Below, piece after piece: positions 1-9,695 of a stretch of DNA of 32,000 bases. Within the stretch, counting starts at the first letter, position 1; each line of letters opens with the position of its first letter. Location: NCBI RefSeq assembly GCF_003945235.1, contig NZ_RSDW01000001.1, positions 1,650,001 through 1,682,000 on the forward strand, written 5' to 3'. The notes beneath the pieces were generated by a model. That model did no database searches and was not told the origin of the DNA. It was given only the letters and a program-made list of their open reading frames with translations. This stretch comes from Edaphobacter aggregans. Lineage in GTDB: Bacteria > Acidobacteriota > Terriglobia > Terriglobales > Acidobacteriaceae. Both the position numbers and the translations under genes were made by a program.

Positions 1-952
1 CGTGGGGTGCCAGACGGTCGCGCATCGCGGCGAAGTCGACGGGGCGGTGATGCTCATGGATCTGGACGGAATTTCGACCGCAGAGTGTGATGTGCGGGCG
101 GCCTTCGCCGGCGAGATGCGTGAAGACTCGTTGGGCGCAGACGGTGCATGCGGGGTTGGGTTTGGAGGTGCTGATCTCGCTACGGTCGTTGGTCCAGAGG
201 TCGAAGGAGAGGAGGGTGCGGCGGATGAGGTGGGGCTGGCCGGTGAGCAGTTTGAGGGCTTCGGTGACCTGGATGGAGGCTGCGAGGTTGACAGCGGTGG
301 AGAGGATGCCGGAGGTGTCGCAGGTCTCGACGGGGCCGGAGGGGGGCTTGGGGAAGAGGCAGGCAAGACAGGAAGTAGGAAGTAGGGAGTAGGAAGTAGA
401 AGGCGGAGAGGTCGGGTCAGGTTTGGGGAGGATGGTCATGGTGGCGGCGTAGGCACCGATGGCGGCGGCGTAGATCCAGGGCTTGGATTGCTGGACGGCG
501 TAGTCGTTGATGAGGTAGCGGGTTTCGAAGTTATCGGTAGCGTCGAGGATAATGTGGGCAGCGGCGAGGAGTTCGTGGATGTTGGCGGGGACGAGGTCGG
601 TGATCTGAGGATGGACGGTGATGGTGGAGTTGAAGAGGGAAATCTTGCGGCGAGCGGCTTCGGCCTTGGGGAGGGATTGGATGGCGTCGGACTCGTCGAA
701 GAGGATTTGACGCTGGAGGTTGGAGGATTCGACGAAGTCGCGATCGATAAGGGTGAGAGTGCCAATGCCGGCGCGGGCGAGCAGAGAGGCTGCTGCTGCT
801 CCGGTGGCTCCGCAGCCGACGACGGCGATGTGGGAGGTGGCGAGCATCTGCTGTCCGGCGGGGCCGATTCCGGGAAAGAGGATCTGACGGGAGTAGCGGT
901 CGTCGGAGGTAATTTCAGAGGCGGCGGTAGGTAGTTGTGAAGACTGAGGCAT
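1..952 (-). CDS. ThiF/MoeB/HesA-family adenylyltransferase (E1-like; probable sulfur-carrier/molybdopterin-synthase adenylyltransferase); 3' end runs off the window
   Basis: Absent from the supplied ORF track because it has no stop inside the window. Hand translation of the minus strand from the ATG at 952-950 gives MPQSSQLPTAASEITSDDRYSRQILFPGIGPAGQQMLATSHIAVVGCGATGAAAASLLARAGIGTLTLIDRDFVESSNLQRQILFDESD... This carries the RYSRQ motif, a GxGxxG loop, and D.D..SNLxRQ. Further on come two Cys pairs, CLAC and CTVC. The + ORFs 2..385 and 488..934 and the - ORF 436..765 are shadows of this gene. Confidence 0.85.
   Translation of the reverse strand, partial: MPQSSQLPTAASEITSDDRYSRQILFPGIGPAGQQMLATSHIAVVGCGATGAAAASLLARAGIGTLTLIDRDFVESSNLQRQILFDESDAIQSLPKAEAARRKISLFNSTITVHPQITDLVPANIHELLAAAHIILDATDNFETRYLINDYAVQQSKPWIYAAAIGAYAATMTILPKPDPTSPPSTSYSLLPTSCLACLFPKPPSGPVETCDTSGILSTAVNLAASIQVTEALKLLTGQPHLIRRTLLSFDLWTNDRSEISTSKPNPACTVCAQRVFTHLAGEGRPHITLCGRNSVQIHEHHRPVDFAAMRDRLAPH
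371..398. repeat. Heptanucleotide tandem repeat GGAAGTA x4 (third unit GGGAGTA) inside the ThiF/MoeB CDS
   Basis: Read directly: ggaagta ggaagta gggagta ggaagta at 371-398. On the coding strand it encodes ..STSYSLLPTS.., immediately upstream of the CLAC cysteine pair. Confidence 0.9.
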
Positions 953-1155
953 GGCGTGGCTTTGTGCGCCCTAAGACGCTGCTCTTTCGTAGTATAGGGG
1001 GTATAGCAAAAGCATGGTTGCGCGGGAGCTGGCGGACTCCGCAGAGAATTCCGGCATCCAAGCTTGCAGAGCTTGCTGGCGCAAGTTCAGCGGTTCGCCG
1101 CGTGGGCGGAGGTACGCTTACGTGATGCTGGATAGGGATGCGTGGCTAGGACGGC

Positions 1156-4100
1156 GTGATTTTCAACAGGAACAGATGGGTGTTTTTTTTGGGTCATGGA
1201 CGGAGAGATCGAGCGCCAGCGTCACGCAGCAGGGTGGGGCTGGGCCTTGTCTTTTTGTTGATGACTGGTTTCGCCCATGGACAGGTGGTGAGTCAGGAGA
1301 TGCAGGCGACTGGCTCCGCTGTGGAGGTAGAACAGGCAGCTCCGCTGGTACCTCCTGCGGCTGATCCTCAAGCTCCTACGGCTTTGTCGCCGCAACAACA
1401 GAATGAGGGATTGCCAGCTAGTCGACCGGAGTTGGCGACGACTGTGTGGCAATGGAAGGGCATCCGGGTCGACAAGATCGAGTTTGAGGGAGTGATGTTC
1501 GATGCCGATGATCCGCTTCTGAAAGAGTTAGACCAAAGAGCGGGAGAACCGCTCGATCCGATGAAGGTGCGGGCAAGCACGCGGAGACTGTTTGCCAGTG
1601 GGCGCTATCGCGACATTGAGGTGCGTGGGGTGAGACAGGGCGATGGGATGACGTTGATCTTTGCTGGGGTCCCGCAGTTCTTTGTGGGGCGAGTGACGAT
1701 TGCGGGGGTAAGGGACGATCAGCTGACATCGCTGCTGAAATACGGAACCCAACTCTCGCCGGGAACGCCGCTGTCGCAGGGGGCGATACCGGCTGGGTCC
1801 ACGGGAATCAAACAGCTTCTGGAACTGCAGGGACGACATGAGCCCAAGGTCTCGGCGGCCACGACGGCAGATAAAGAGAATCACCAGATGAATGTGGCGT
1901 ACACGGTCGATATTGGGCCACAGGCGCGGGTGGGACAGGTGACGATTGTGGGAGCGGACCCTGGGCTCACGGTGGAGGAGTTTCGCAAAATAGGCAGACT
2001 GAGAGAGGGGACCAGGGTGACTCGCGACACGACCAGCAATGCGCTGTCCAGGTTGCGAGCCCAGTTCCAGAAGAGAGACAGGTTGGCGGCGACGGTTTCG
2101 TTGCAGAAGCAGACTTATGTAGAAGCGCGCAGACAAGTGGACTACGAGTTTCACGTGAACCAGGGGCCGGAAGTGAAGGTGATCGTAGAGGGCTACGATC
2201 TATCGAAGAGGCGCTTGCACCAGCTTGTGCCGATCTACGAAGAGGGGACGATCGATAACGATCTGTTGAATGAAGGAGTTTTCAATATTCGCGACTATCT
2301 GCAGCAGCAGGGATATTTTAACGCGACGGTGGAAGTGAGGATGACGGGTACAGATACGACGAAACAGGTGGTGTTTTCGGTCGACCGCAATCTGAGGCAT
2401 AAGGTGATTGCGGTAGATATTAAGGGCAACAAGTATTTTTCAGAGGAGATTCTGCGGGAACGGATGCGGGTGAAGAAGGCTGATGCGTACCTGCGTAATG
2501 GGCGGTTCAGTCCGGCGCTTGTGGCGAGCGACGTGGCAGCAATCAGGGCGTTGTATCGCGCTAATGGCTTTGACCAGGCGGAGGTGACGACCGAGGTGCG
2601 CGACTCCGATAAAGATGTAGATGGAAAACCTTTGAAGACGGCCCAGATATGGGTAACTTTCAAAATTGCCGAGGGGGTGCAGCAGAAGTTTGGCGCAGTG
2701 AATCTGCAGGGAGTCGATCCTAGCAGACTGGCGGAGGTTAAGGGATTGTTGAACACGCAGTCTGGCCAGCCATTTTCGCTGTTGACACTGTCGGGTGATC
2801 GGGATGCTGTGTTGTCGTTCTACCTGGCCAATGGATTCGACCAGGTTAAGGTGGAGATAACACAACAAAAGGAATCTGCCGATGCAGCCCGAACGGATGT
2901 GTCTCTGAATGTGGTGGAGGGGCCGCAGGTATCGATTTCTCGCGTACTGCTCTCGGGGGTCGAACTGACGAGACCGTCGGTGGTCGATCGCAGAATCATG
3001 GTGCATCCGGGCGATCCGTTGGACCAGACAGCGTTGCTCGAGACGCAACGGAATCTGTATGACCTCGCACTGTTCAATGAAGTTGTGACAGCGGTACAGA
3101 ATCCCAACGGGGATACTCCGCGCAAGAACGTGCTTGTACAGGTGACGGAGGCGAAGCGATGGAATGTCTCGTACGGTTTTGGTTTCGAGGCGCAGACCGG
3201 CACGCCAAGCAATAATCTGATTAATCCCTCTACTGTATCGAGTTCACCAGAAGGGAAGCCTGGAGTGAGTCCACGAGTGTCTCTGGATGTATCGCGGATC
3301 AATTTCAGAGGGACCCAGAACTCGCTGACGTTGCACTCAACCTATGGCTTGTTGCAGCAGGTTGCGATTCTTACGTTTCAGAATCCGCGGTTTTTGGGGT
3401 CAAGAAATTTTTCGGCATCGGTCTCAGGCGGATACTCGAATATTCAGGACATCACAACGTTCGCTTCATCGACGTTACAGGGAAACTTCCGCGTGACGCA
3501 GAAGTGGAGACGGACGGACACGTTTATCTACGAGTTTCTGTACAGAAGGGTGAAGGTTGATCCGAACAGTCTGCGTGTGGCGGCAGACCTGATTCCGTTA
3601 TTGTCGCAGCCGGTGCGTGTGGGTGGCCCCGGGGTAACGTGGTTCCACGATACGAGGAAGCCAAATCCGCTGGATGCAGTGCAGGGATCGTTTTCGACAC
3701 TACAGACGTTCATAGCGTCGTCGAAGTTCGGTTCGCAGACGGACTTCTGGCGAATTGATGGAACGAATTCGACGTACTACCAGTTGGGTCGGTATGTACT
3801 GGCGCGGAATACAAGAATCGGATATGAGCGCTCATGGGGAGTCAATCCGAATGCGGGAACGGATCCATGCTTGGGCGTTCTGTTAACAACGAACCCGAGC
3901 TGCAATGCGGTCCCTCTTCCGGAACGGCTGTATGCCGGCGGTGCTAGTTCGCATCGAGGGTTTCCCATCAATGGAGCCGGCCCGAGAGATTTGCAGACAG
4001 GTTATCCGGTCGGCGGATCAGCTGCATTCGTGAATACGATTGAACTTCGTATGCCTGCACCCACGCTTCCTTACGTGGGTGACAGTATCAGCTTTGTGTT

Positions 4101-4428
4101 GTTTCACGATATGGGGAATGTATTTCAAAATCCTGGCGACATGTTTCCGAGTTTTCTCAGGTTCAGACAGCCGGACCGGGATACGTGCAGGAATGTGCCT
4201 GCCGTCGCAACCCCAGATGCAATCGGGACATGTAACTTCAATTACTTCTCGCACGCGGTTGGATTGGGTGCGCGATACAGGACACCGGTTGGGCCTATCC
4301 GGTTTGATCTTAGCTATAACCTGAATCCACCGACTTATCCGGTGATCAATGACTACTCTGGCAGGCCGCCCTATGTTGGAGAAGGGCGGCACTTCGGTTT
4401 TTTCTTCAGTATTGGACAGAGCTTCTAA
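1156..4428 (+). CDS. bamA: Outer membrane protein assembly factor BamA (Omp85/D15 family), unusually long
   Basis: 1090 aa ORF. It has a signal-like N-terminus (..RSRVGLGLVFLLMTGFAHG/QVV) and a Pro/Gln-rich linker. About 560 aa of POTRA-like repeats follow (VDKIEFEGV, VTIAGV, VTIVGA, VKVIVEGY, VIAVDIKGNKYF, VNLQGV, ISRVLLSGV). The C-terminal barrel ends in ..HFGFFFSIGQSF, a terminal aromatic beta-signal. The exact start is uncertain: GTG at 1156 or 1180. Confidence 0.85.
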   Translation: MIFNRNRWVFFLGHGRRDRAPASRSRVGLGLVFLLMTGFAHGQVVSQEMQATGSAVEVEQAAPLVPPAADPQAPTALSPQQQNEGLPASRPELATTVWQWKGIRVDKIEFEGVMFDADDPLLKELDQRAGEPLDPMKVRASTRRLFASGRYRDIEVRGVRQGDGMTLIFAGVPQFFVGRVTIAGVRDDQLTSLLKYGTQLSPGTPLSQGAIPAGSTGIKQLLELQGRHEPKVSAATTADKENHQMNVAYTVDIGPQARVGQVTIVGADPGLTVEEFRKIGRLREGTRVTRDTTSNALSRLRAQFQKRDRLAATVSLQKQTYVEARRQVDYEFHVNQGPEVKVIVEGYDLSKRRLHQLVPIYEEGTIDNDLLNEGVFNIRDYLQQQGYFNATVEVRMTGTDTTKQVVFSVDRNLRHKVIAVDIKGNKYFSEEILRERMRVKKADAYLRNGRFSPALVASDVAAIRALYRANGFDQAEVTTEVRDSDKDVDGKPLKTAQIWVTFKIAEGVQQKFGAVNLQGVDPSRLAEVKGLLNTQSGQPFSLLTLSGDRDAVLSFYLANGFDQVKVEITQQKESADAARTDVSLNVVEGPQVSISRVLLSGVELTRPSVVDRRIMVHPGDPLDQTALLETQRNLYDLALFNEVVTAVQNPNGDTPRKNVLVQVTEAKRWNVSYGFGFEAQTGTPSNNLINPSTVSSSPEGKPGVSPRVSLDVSRINFRGTQNSLTLHSTYGLLQQVAILTFQNPRFLGSRNFSASVSGGYSNIQDITTFASSTLQGNFRVTQKWRRTDTFIYEFLYRRVKVDPNSLRVAADLIPLLSQPVRVGGPGVTWFHDTRKPNPLDAVQGSFSTLQTFIASSKFGSQTDFWRIDGTNSTYYQLGRYVLARNTRIGYERSWGVNPNAGTDPCLGVLLTTNPSCNAVPLPERLYAGGASSHRGFPINGAGPRDLQTGYPVGGSAAFVNTIELRMPAPTLPYVGDSISFVLFHDMGNVFQNPGDMFPSFLRFRQPDRDTCRNVPAVATPDAIGTCNFNYFSHAVGLGARYRTPVGPIRFDLSYNLNPPTYPVINDYSGRPPYVGEGRHFGFFFSIGQSF

Positions 4429-5217
4429 ATGCGCGTGAAACGTCAAAGATCGACGGGGGGCCTAGGCGCGGTGGCGCTGGCGATGACTGTCGCCCTAATT
4501 GGAGAATGTGTCTGCTTCGCACAGACGGCGGCGGTTGTGGGGCAGGCAGGTAGTTCTGCTACTGTTGCCTCTTCTGTTGCGGGTTCCTCGGATGCTCGGG
4601 GGACGATGCTCGATGCTGTGGTTGCCGTGGTGAATGGAGATGTGATTCTTGAGAGCGATGTGGATGAGGAACGGAGGTTTGAACAGGTTCAACCTTACCG
4701 CAGGGTCGCGGCGGAATTCCAACGGGAACGGGCGATCGAACGGCTGGTGAACAGGGCACTGATCCTGCAGCAGGCTCAATTGGAACCGGAAGAGGCTATT
4801 ACAGATGCCGCAGTCGACGCGCAATTAGTGACGCTGAAGAAGGACATTCCGGAGTGTAAGCAGTATCAATGCGAGACGGATGAGGGCTGGCAGAAGTTTT
4901 TAGCCGATCGCGGATTTACGGTAGAGGAGTTTCGGGAGCGGTGGCGGCAACGCATGGTCCTGCTCCAGTTCATCGAGGTTCGCTTCCGCAGTGGGATTCG
5001 GATATCAGATGACGAGATCAGGACGTACTACGAGAAGACGATGTTGCCAGAGTATGCGAAGCAGAAGGCGACTCCGCCGAAGCTTGAAACCATCTCAAAG
5101 CGTATTGAAGAGGTGCTGCTGCAGCAGCAAGTAGGAGCGTTGCTGCAGGATTGGCTGAGGTCGCTGCGGGCACAGGGTAGCGTGCGAATGATTACTCCAG
5201 ATGGGGTGGCACGATGA
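4429..5217 (+). CDS. SurA N-terminal-domain-like periplasmic chaperone (no PPIase domain)
   Basis: 262 aa with a signal peptide (..LAMTVALIGECVCFAQ). The motif VVAVVNGDVILESDVDEE is typical of SurA_N-type chaperones, and the protein is too short for parvulin domains. Its ATG directly abuts the bamA stop (taaATG at 4426-4431). Confidence 0.65.
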   Translation: MRVKRQRSTGGLGAVALAMTVALIGECVCFAQTAAVVGQAGSSATVASSVAGSSDARGTMLDAVVAVVNGDVILESDVDEERRFEQVQPYRRVAAEFQRERAIERLVNRALILQQAQLEPEEAITDAAVDAQLVTLKKDIPECKQYQCETDEGWQKFLADRGFTVEEFRERWRQRMVLLQFIEVRFRSGIRISDDEIRTYYEKTMLPEYAKQKATPPKLETISKRIEEVLLQQQVGALLQDWLRSLRAQGSVRMITPDGVAR

Positions 5218-8200
5218 GCGATCTGGAGAAGAAGGCGCACGAGGTTGGGCACGAAGCTAAGGAACATGCCAAACGGGCTGTCGCGAAGGTAAAGCGCTCG
5301 CTGAGCGGCACTGTGGGGATGGTGCTGGCATGGTTATTGGGTAGTCTGACAGTGCTGGGCCTTGTGCTGTTTGGAGCGTTTGCGTGGTACTCGACGACAC
5401 CGGACTTCGAACGTCGCGTGGGAAAAGAGGTCGTTACAGTTCTAGAAAATGCGACGGGGGGGCGCGTTGAACTCGGCAGGATACGATTCGATATTTGGCA
5501 TCTGGAGGTAGAGGCCAATAATCTGGTGATCCATGGGCTGGAAGCTCCGGGAGAGGCTCCGTATCTTGCGGTCGACAAGATTCTGCTGCGGGTGAGGTTG
5601 TTTGATTTTTTTTCGCGAGCAACTGGAACGGGTGGGCCGGCGCGTGTGAGTCTGAACTATCTTCGAGTCGAACATCCGCGGGTGCACCTGATCATCGATA
5701 AAGATGGGAAAACAAATCAGCCTGTGCCGAAGCATCCGCGTACGAGCGAGAAGCCGGTGATAGATACGCTGCTCGATCTGAAGGCTCGCCAGGTGGAACT
5801 GGCGAATGGAGTGGCTTTGCTGAATAACAGAGCGATTCCGTTTGATCTGGCCGCTCGTGACCTGAATGCTGAGGTCCACTACATCTTTCTGAGCGACCAC
5901 TATGGGGCTACGATGGATCTGAAGGATTTGCGTACGAGGCTGGGGAAGGAGGCGGAGGCGGAGTCGTCCTTGCATGTTGAGGCGGAGCTGGGGCGAGACC
6001 TCGCTCTACTGACGCGGCTTGATCTGCATACGGGGCAGGCATCGCATTTAACGGCGACTGGAAGTCTGAGGCACTTTGGGAAGCCGGAGTGGGAGGCGAC
6101 GGCGAGCGGGTCGCTGGAGTTGAAACAGATTGCTTCGTTGACCGGCGTGGATACGCTGAAGGGTGGATCTGTAGACCTGAATTTGAATGGTCACAATTGC
6201 GTCGTAACACCGGTGGAGGCGCAGAGGAAGCCGAGGCTATGGGAGAAGCTGCATCCGGAGCAACATGCCAAGCCTGGATCGAAGGTGTTGCCGCCGGATC
6301 CGAATTGCATTGCGGGATATTTGTTGGTTGGTTCGGCGAAGATTCACAAGGCGACTTATCGCGATGAGTATGTGCGGTTGCACGATGTGGATGGAAGCGC
6401 GCAGATACACATTACTCCGAAAGAGTTGCTGCTAACCGCAATGACTGGATATCTGCCCGGTGGGGGAAAGGCAGAGGGAGATTTGCGGATCTCGAACTGG
6501 CTTGGGGAGGTTCCGGCTGAAGCAGCTGTGTCACCTACGGCTAAGGCTGCGGTGACAACAGCAAACAAGACGGCGACAACGATCGGGGCGAAGCCTCCTG
6601 TGACTGGGGCGCTGAAGGTGCCTGCAGTACTGCCTGCGCATGCGTATTTGACGGCTACGGTGACGGCGATTCCTTTGCGGACGATCATGGATGTGACGGC
6701 CCCGGAGGACTACGGCGACCTTGGGTTCGATACCGCTGTGACGGGGCCGGTGAAGGTGGAGTGGGGCGGTTCGACGAGAGACGTCTCAGAAACGGTGGAG
6801 GTGGACGGGGATCTGGCAATGAGGCCAACGGGCGTCAGACGCATGGGGGCGCTCTCGGATGTGCCAGTAACAGGGCATGTGAAGGCGCACTATACGGGAA
6901 GCAACGAGACGGTGCGGATTGAGCAGATTACGCTTCAGACGCCGGAGTCAAATCTGGTGGCCAGCGGTGTGCTGGGAGTTAACCTAGGGGATCCGCTGAC
7001 GGCACTGCATGTGAATCTGACGGTGCGGGATCTTGGAGAGTACAACCAGCTGCTAACGACGCTGGGGCTTGAAGGCAATGGGAATAAGGGGAGTGCGGCG
7101 ATTCCAGTGGTGCTGCATGGAGCGCTTGAGTTCAATGGAACTGCGCGGGGAGAGGTGAGGGATCTGAATGTGAAGGGGCACGTGCAGGCCACCGACGTTG
7201 AGTTTGCATTGGGGTCGACGGACGTGCAAATCGACTCACTTGTGGCGGATGCTGAGTACTCACCTAACGCAGGTGTTGTAGTGGCAAGCTCCACGATCCA
7301 TCGCGGGACCGCAGTGCTGAACGCGAGTGGCGAGGTGAGACCGCGCAAAGAGGTCTCGCGCCGTGGTGTGGTGACCTATGAGTGGGATGAAGGGATGGCG
7401 GTTGACGCCATGCTGCAGTTGGCCAATGCGCAGGTAGTGGATGTGCTGCAGATTGTCGGCCAGCAGAAGATTCCTTTGACGGGGTCGGTTGTGGCGAATG
7501 CGCATGCTGTGGGGACGATCAAGAATTTGAGTGGGAGCGGGCATCTCGCACTTGCTGACGGCGTGGTTTATGGCGAGCCCTACGAGTCGGCCGTGGCGGA
7601 GTTGACAGTGCAGGGGCAGGACATTGAGGCCAGTAAGGTGGTCGTGAAGGCGCATGGGATGCAACTTGCCGGCAATGGCGGTTACGACCTGGGATCGAAG
7701 CGTTTTCATGGTCACGTTGAAGGGCATGATCTGGTGCTTTCCAAGTTTGAGACCGTGAAACGGGCGAAGGTAAATGCCGACGGAGTTCTGACACTGGTTG
7801 CTGATGCGAATGGAACGTTGGCTGATCCGGGATTGAAGGCGAATCTGAAGCTGGCAAACGTGGCGTATGAAGGGCAAGCGATGGGGGAGGCCGTCGCTGA
7901 GTTGCATAGTCAAGGCAAGATAGCGTATCTGACTGCGAACTCGACGCTGGTAGGCGCGAAGGTGAATCTGACAGGGCAGGCGCAATTGACAGACGATTAT
8001 GAGGCTCAGGCTCGACTGACCGTTGCAGGACTGGACATCGGCAAGCCGCTGGCAATGTTCGGGTCTGGGGATGTCAAGGCTGAATCACTGATCAATGGTG
8101 TGGCGACGGTGAACGGGCCTCTGAAGACGCCGAGACTGCTGAGCGGGACAGGAGAGTTCAACGATGTAGATGTGAAGCTGCAAGGCGTGGAGTTGAAAGC

Positions 8201-9605
8201 GGCCGAACCTTTGCGGTTAAGTCTCAGGAATGGAATTGTCACGCTAGAGCAGGTCCACATCACGGGCCAGGATACGAATATTCGAGTCAGCGGGACGGCA
8301 CAGCTGTTTGGCTCGACGGATCCAAAGGGAGGCAGGCTGGATATGAAAGGGGTCGGCACCGTGAGCATGGCTGTGCTGCATACGTTCGATTCTGACATCT
8401 TATCGAGCGGAAAAGTGGAGTTCACGGTTGCGGTGGGTGGTCAGATGATGAATCCGACGTTGTCGGGCAAAGTTCAGTTCGACAACGTAAATATCGCGAT
8501 CGACGGGATTCCGAACGGACTGAGCGATATGAATGGCACGCTGATATTTACAGAAGACCGGCTCCAGGTGCAGACTCTGACGGCGAAGACAGGCGGCGGC
8601 GATCTGAAGCTAGGTGGGTCAATACGGTTCCGCAATGGGCTGTTTGTGGATCTAACCGCGACCGGGGATGCGGTGCGGGTACGCCTCTATGGATTGAGCG
8701 CGACGGCGAATGCAAATCTGAGGCTGCAAGGGACTCGGCAGAGTTCGTTATTGAGCGGGTCGATTTTAGTGACGCGGTTTGGAATCGGGCAGAATGTCGA
8801 TCTGGCGGCATTTTCGGGAATTGGCGGGGTAAGTGCTCCACCGGATCCAAGCGCACCATCGAACAGAATTCGACTCGATGTGAGGGTGACGAGTGCGCCA
8901 CAGCTGGACTTTCAAAACGCCTTTGCGAAGCTGGCGGGCGCAGTAGACCTGACGATACGCGGAACGGTAGCGACGCCTTCAATACTTGGCAGGATTCAGA
9001 TTACGGACGGGAGCGCTACGTTTGCCGGACAGAAGTATCAGCTGCAGCGTGGCGACATCTTTTTTTCGAACCCAGTGCGGATCGATCCTACGATCGACAT
9101 AGATGCGACAGCGCAGGTTGAGAATTACGAGATAACAGTAGGGTTGCATGGGACCGCGACGAACCTGAAGCCTACGTTCCGGTCAGAGCCTCCATTGAGT
9201 CAGGCGGATGTGTTTGCGCTGCTGGCGTTGGGCAGGACGCAAGAGGAGGCACAGCTTTATCAGGAGAAACAGCTTCAGGCCGGTACCGATCCTACAACCA
9301 GTGCACTGCTGGGCGGAGCGCTGAATGCCACAGTGAGCAATCGCGTGGAAAAGCTGTTTGGCGTGGGAAGTGTGAAGATCGACCCGGCATTTGTGGGAAC
9401 CCTGGGTAATTCCTCGGCGAGGATTACGGTCCAAGAACAAATATCGAAACAAATCACATTGACGTTTGCGACGAATGTGAACACGTCAGCGCAGCAGTTG
9501 ATTCAGGTGCAATATGACCTGAACCGGAATAATTCGATCGTGGTGACGCGCGATGAATCAGGCGTTTTTAGCATTGTTTACAAGCTGCGACGACGATATC
9601 GTTAG
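5214..9605 (+). CDS. tamB: Translocation and assembly module protein TamB (DUF490/AsmA-like)
   Basis: 1463 aa with an N-terminal membrane anchor (MVLAWLLGSLTVLGLVLFGAFAWY) and a long beta-rich periplasmic body. The C-terminus is DUF490-like (..ITLTFATNVNTSAQQLIQVQYDLNRNNSIVVTRDESGVFSIVYKLRRRY). The start overlaps the upstream stop (ATGA at 5214-5217). Confidence 0.8.
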   Translation: MSDLEKKAHEVGHEAKEHAKRAVAKVKRSLSGTVGMVLAWLLGSLTVLGLVLFGAFAWYSTTPDFERRVGKEVVTVLENATGGRVELGRIRFDIWHLEVEANNLVIHGLEAPGEAPYLAVDKILLRVRLFDFFSRATGTGGPARVSLNYLRVEHPRVHLIIDKDGKTNQPVPKHPRTSEKPVIDTLLDLKARQVELANGVALLNNRAIPFDLAARDLNAEVHYIFLSDHYGATMDLKDLRTRLGKEAEAESSLHVEAELGRDLALLTRLDLHTGQASHLTATGSLRHFGKPEWEATASGSLELKQIASLTGVDTLKGGSVDLNLNGHNCVVTPVEAQRKPRLWEKLHPEQHAKPGSKVLPPDPNCIAGYLLVGSAKIHKATYRDEYVRLHDVDGSAQIHITPKELLLTAMTGYLPGGGKAEGDLRISNWLGEVPAEAAVSPTAKAAVTTANKTATTIGAKPPVTGALKVPAVLPAHAYLTATVTAIPLRTIMDVTAPEDYGDLGFDTAVTGPVKVEWGGSTRDVSETVEVDGDLAMRPTGVRRMGALSDVPVTGHVKAHYTGSNETVRIEQITLQTPESNLVASGVLGVNLGDPLTALHVNLTVRDLGEYNQLLTTLGLEGNGNKGSAAIPVVLHGALEFNGTARGEVRDLNVKGHVQATDVEFALGSTDVQIDSLVADAEYSPNAGVVVASSTIHRGTAVLNASGEVRPRKEVSRRGVVTYEWDEGMAVDAMLQLANAQVVDVLQIVGQQKIPLTGSVVANAHAVGTIKNLSGSGHLALADGVVYGEPYESAVAELTVQGQDIEASKVVVKAHGMQLAGNGGYDLGSKRFHGHVEGHDLVLSKFETVKRAKVNADGVLTLVADANGTLADPGLKANLKLANVAYEGQAMGEAVAELHSQGKIAYLTANSTLVGAKVNLTGQAQLTDDYEAQARLTVAGLDIGKPLAMFGSGDVKAESLINGVATVNGPLKTPRLLSGTGEFNDVDVKLQGVELKAAEPLRLSLRNGIVTLEQVHITGQDTNIRVSGTAQLFGSTDPKGGRLDMKGVGTVSMAVLHTFDSDILSSGKVEFTVAVGGQMMNPTLSGKVQFDNVNIAIDGIPNGLSDMNGTLIFTEDRLQVQTLTAKTGGGDLKLGGSIRFRNGLFVDLTATGDAVRVRLYGLSATANANLRLQGTRQSSLLSGSILVTRFGIGQNVDLAAFSGIGGVSAPPDPSAPSNRIRLDVRVTSAPQLDFQNAFAKLAGAVDLTIRGTVATPSILGRIQITDGSATFAGQKYQLQRGDIFFSNPVRIDPTIDIDATAQVENYEITVGLHGTATNLKPTFRSEPPLSQADVFALLALGRTQEEAQLYQEKQLQAGTDPTTSALLGGALNATVSNRVEKLFGVGSVKIDPAFVGTLGNSSARITVQEQISKQITLTFATNVNTSAQQLIQVQYDLNRNNSIVVTRDESGVFSIVYKLRRRYR

Positions 9606-9695
9606 ACCGATACAGGCTGAAATTGCATCTTACCTCTGTATGAGGGCACGCTCCGGTCGAAGGAGAGCGCGGCTAATTCTGTGAGGAGAATGACA

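Noticed and set aside
2-934. + ORFs 2..385 and 488..934 and - ORF 436..765
   Set aside because: They are Gly/Asp/Glu- or Pro/Ser/Thr-rich shadows of the real minus-strand ThiF/MoeB gene. The track omits that gene because its stop lies outside the window.
1183-1190. T8 homopolymer at the 5' end of the bamA ORF as a phase-variation switch
   Set aside because: It is a single short tract in an essential gene, and the start codon is itself uncertain, so the tract may be in the leader. There is no supporting evidence.
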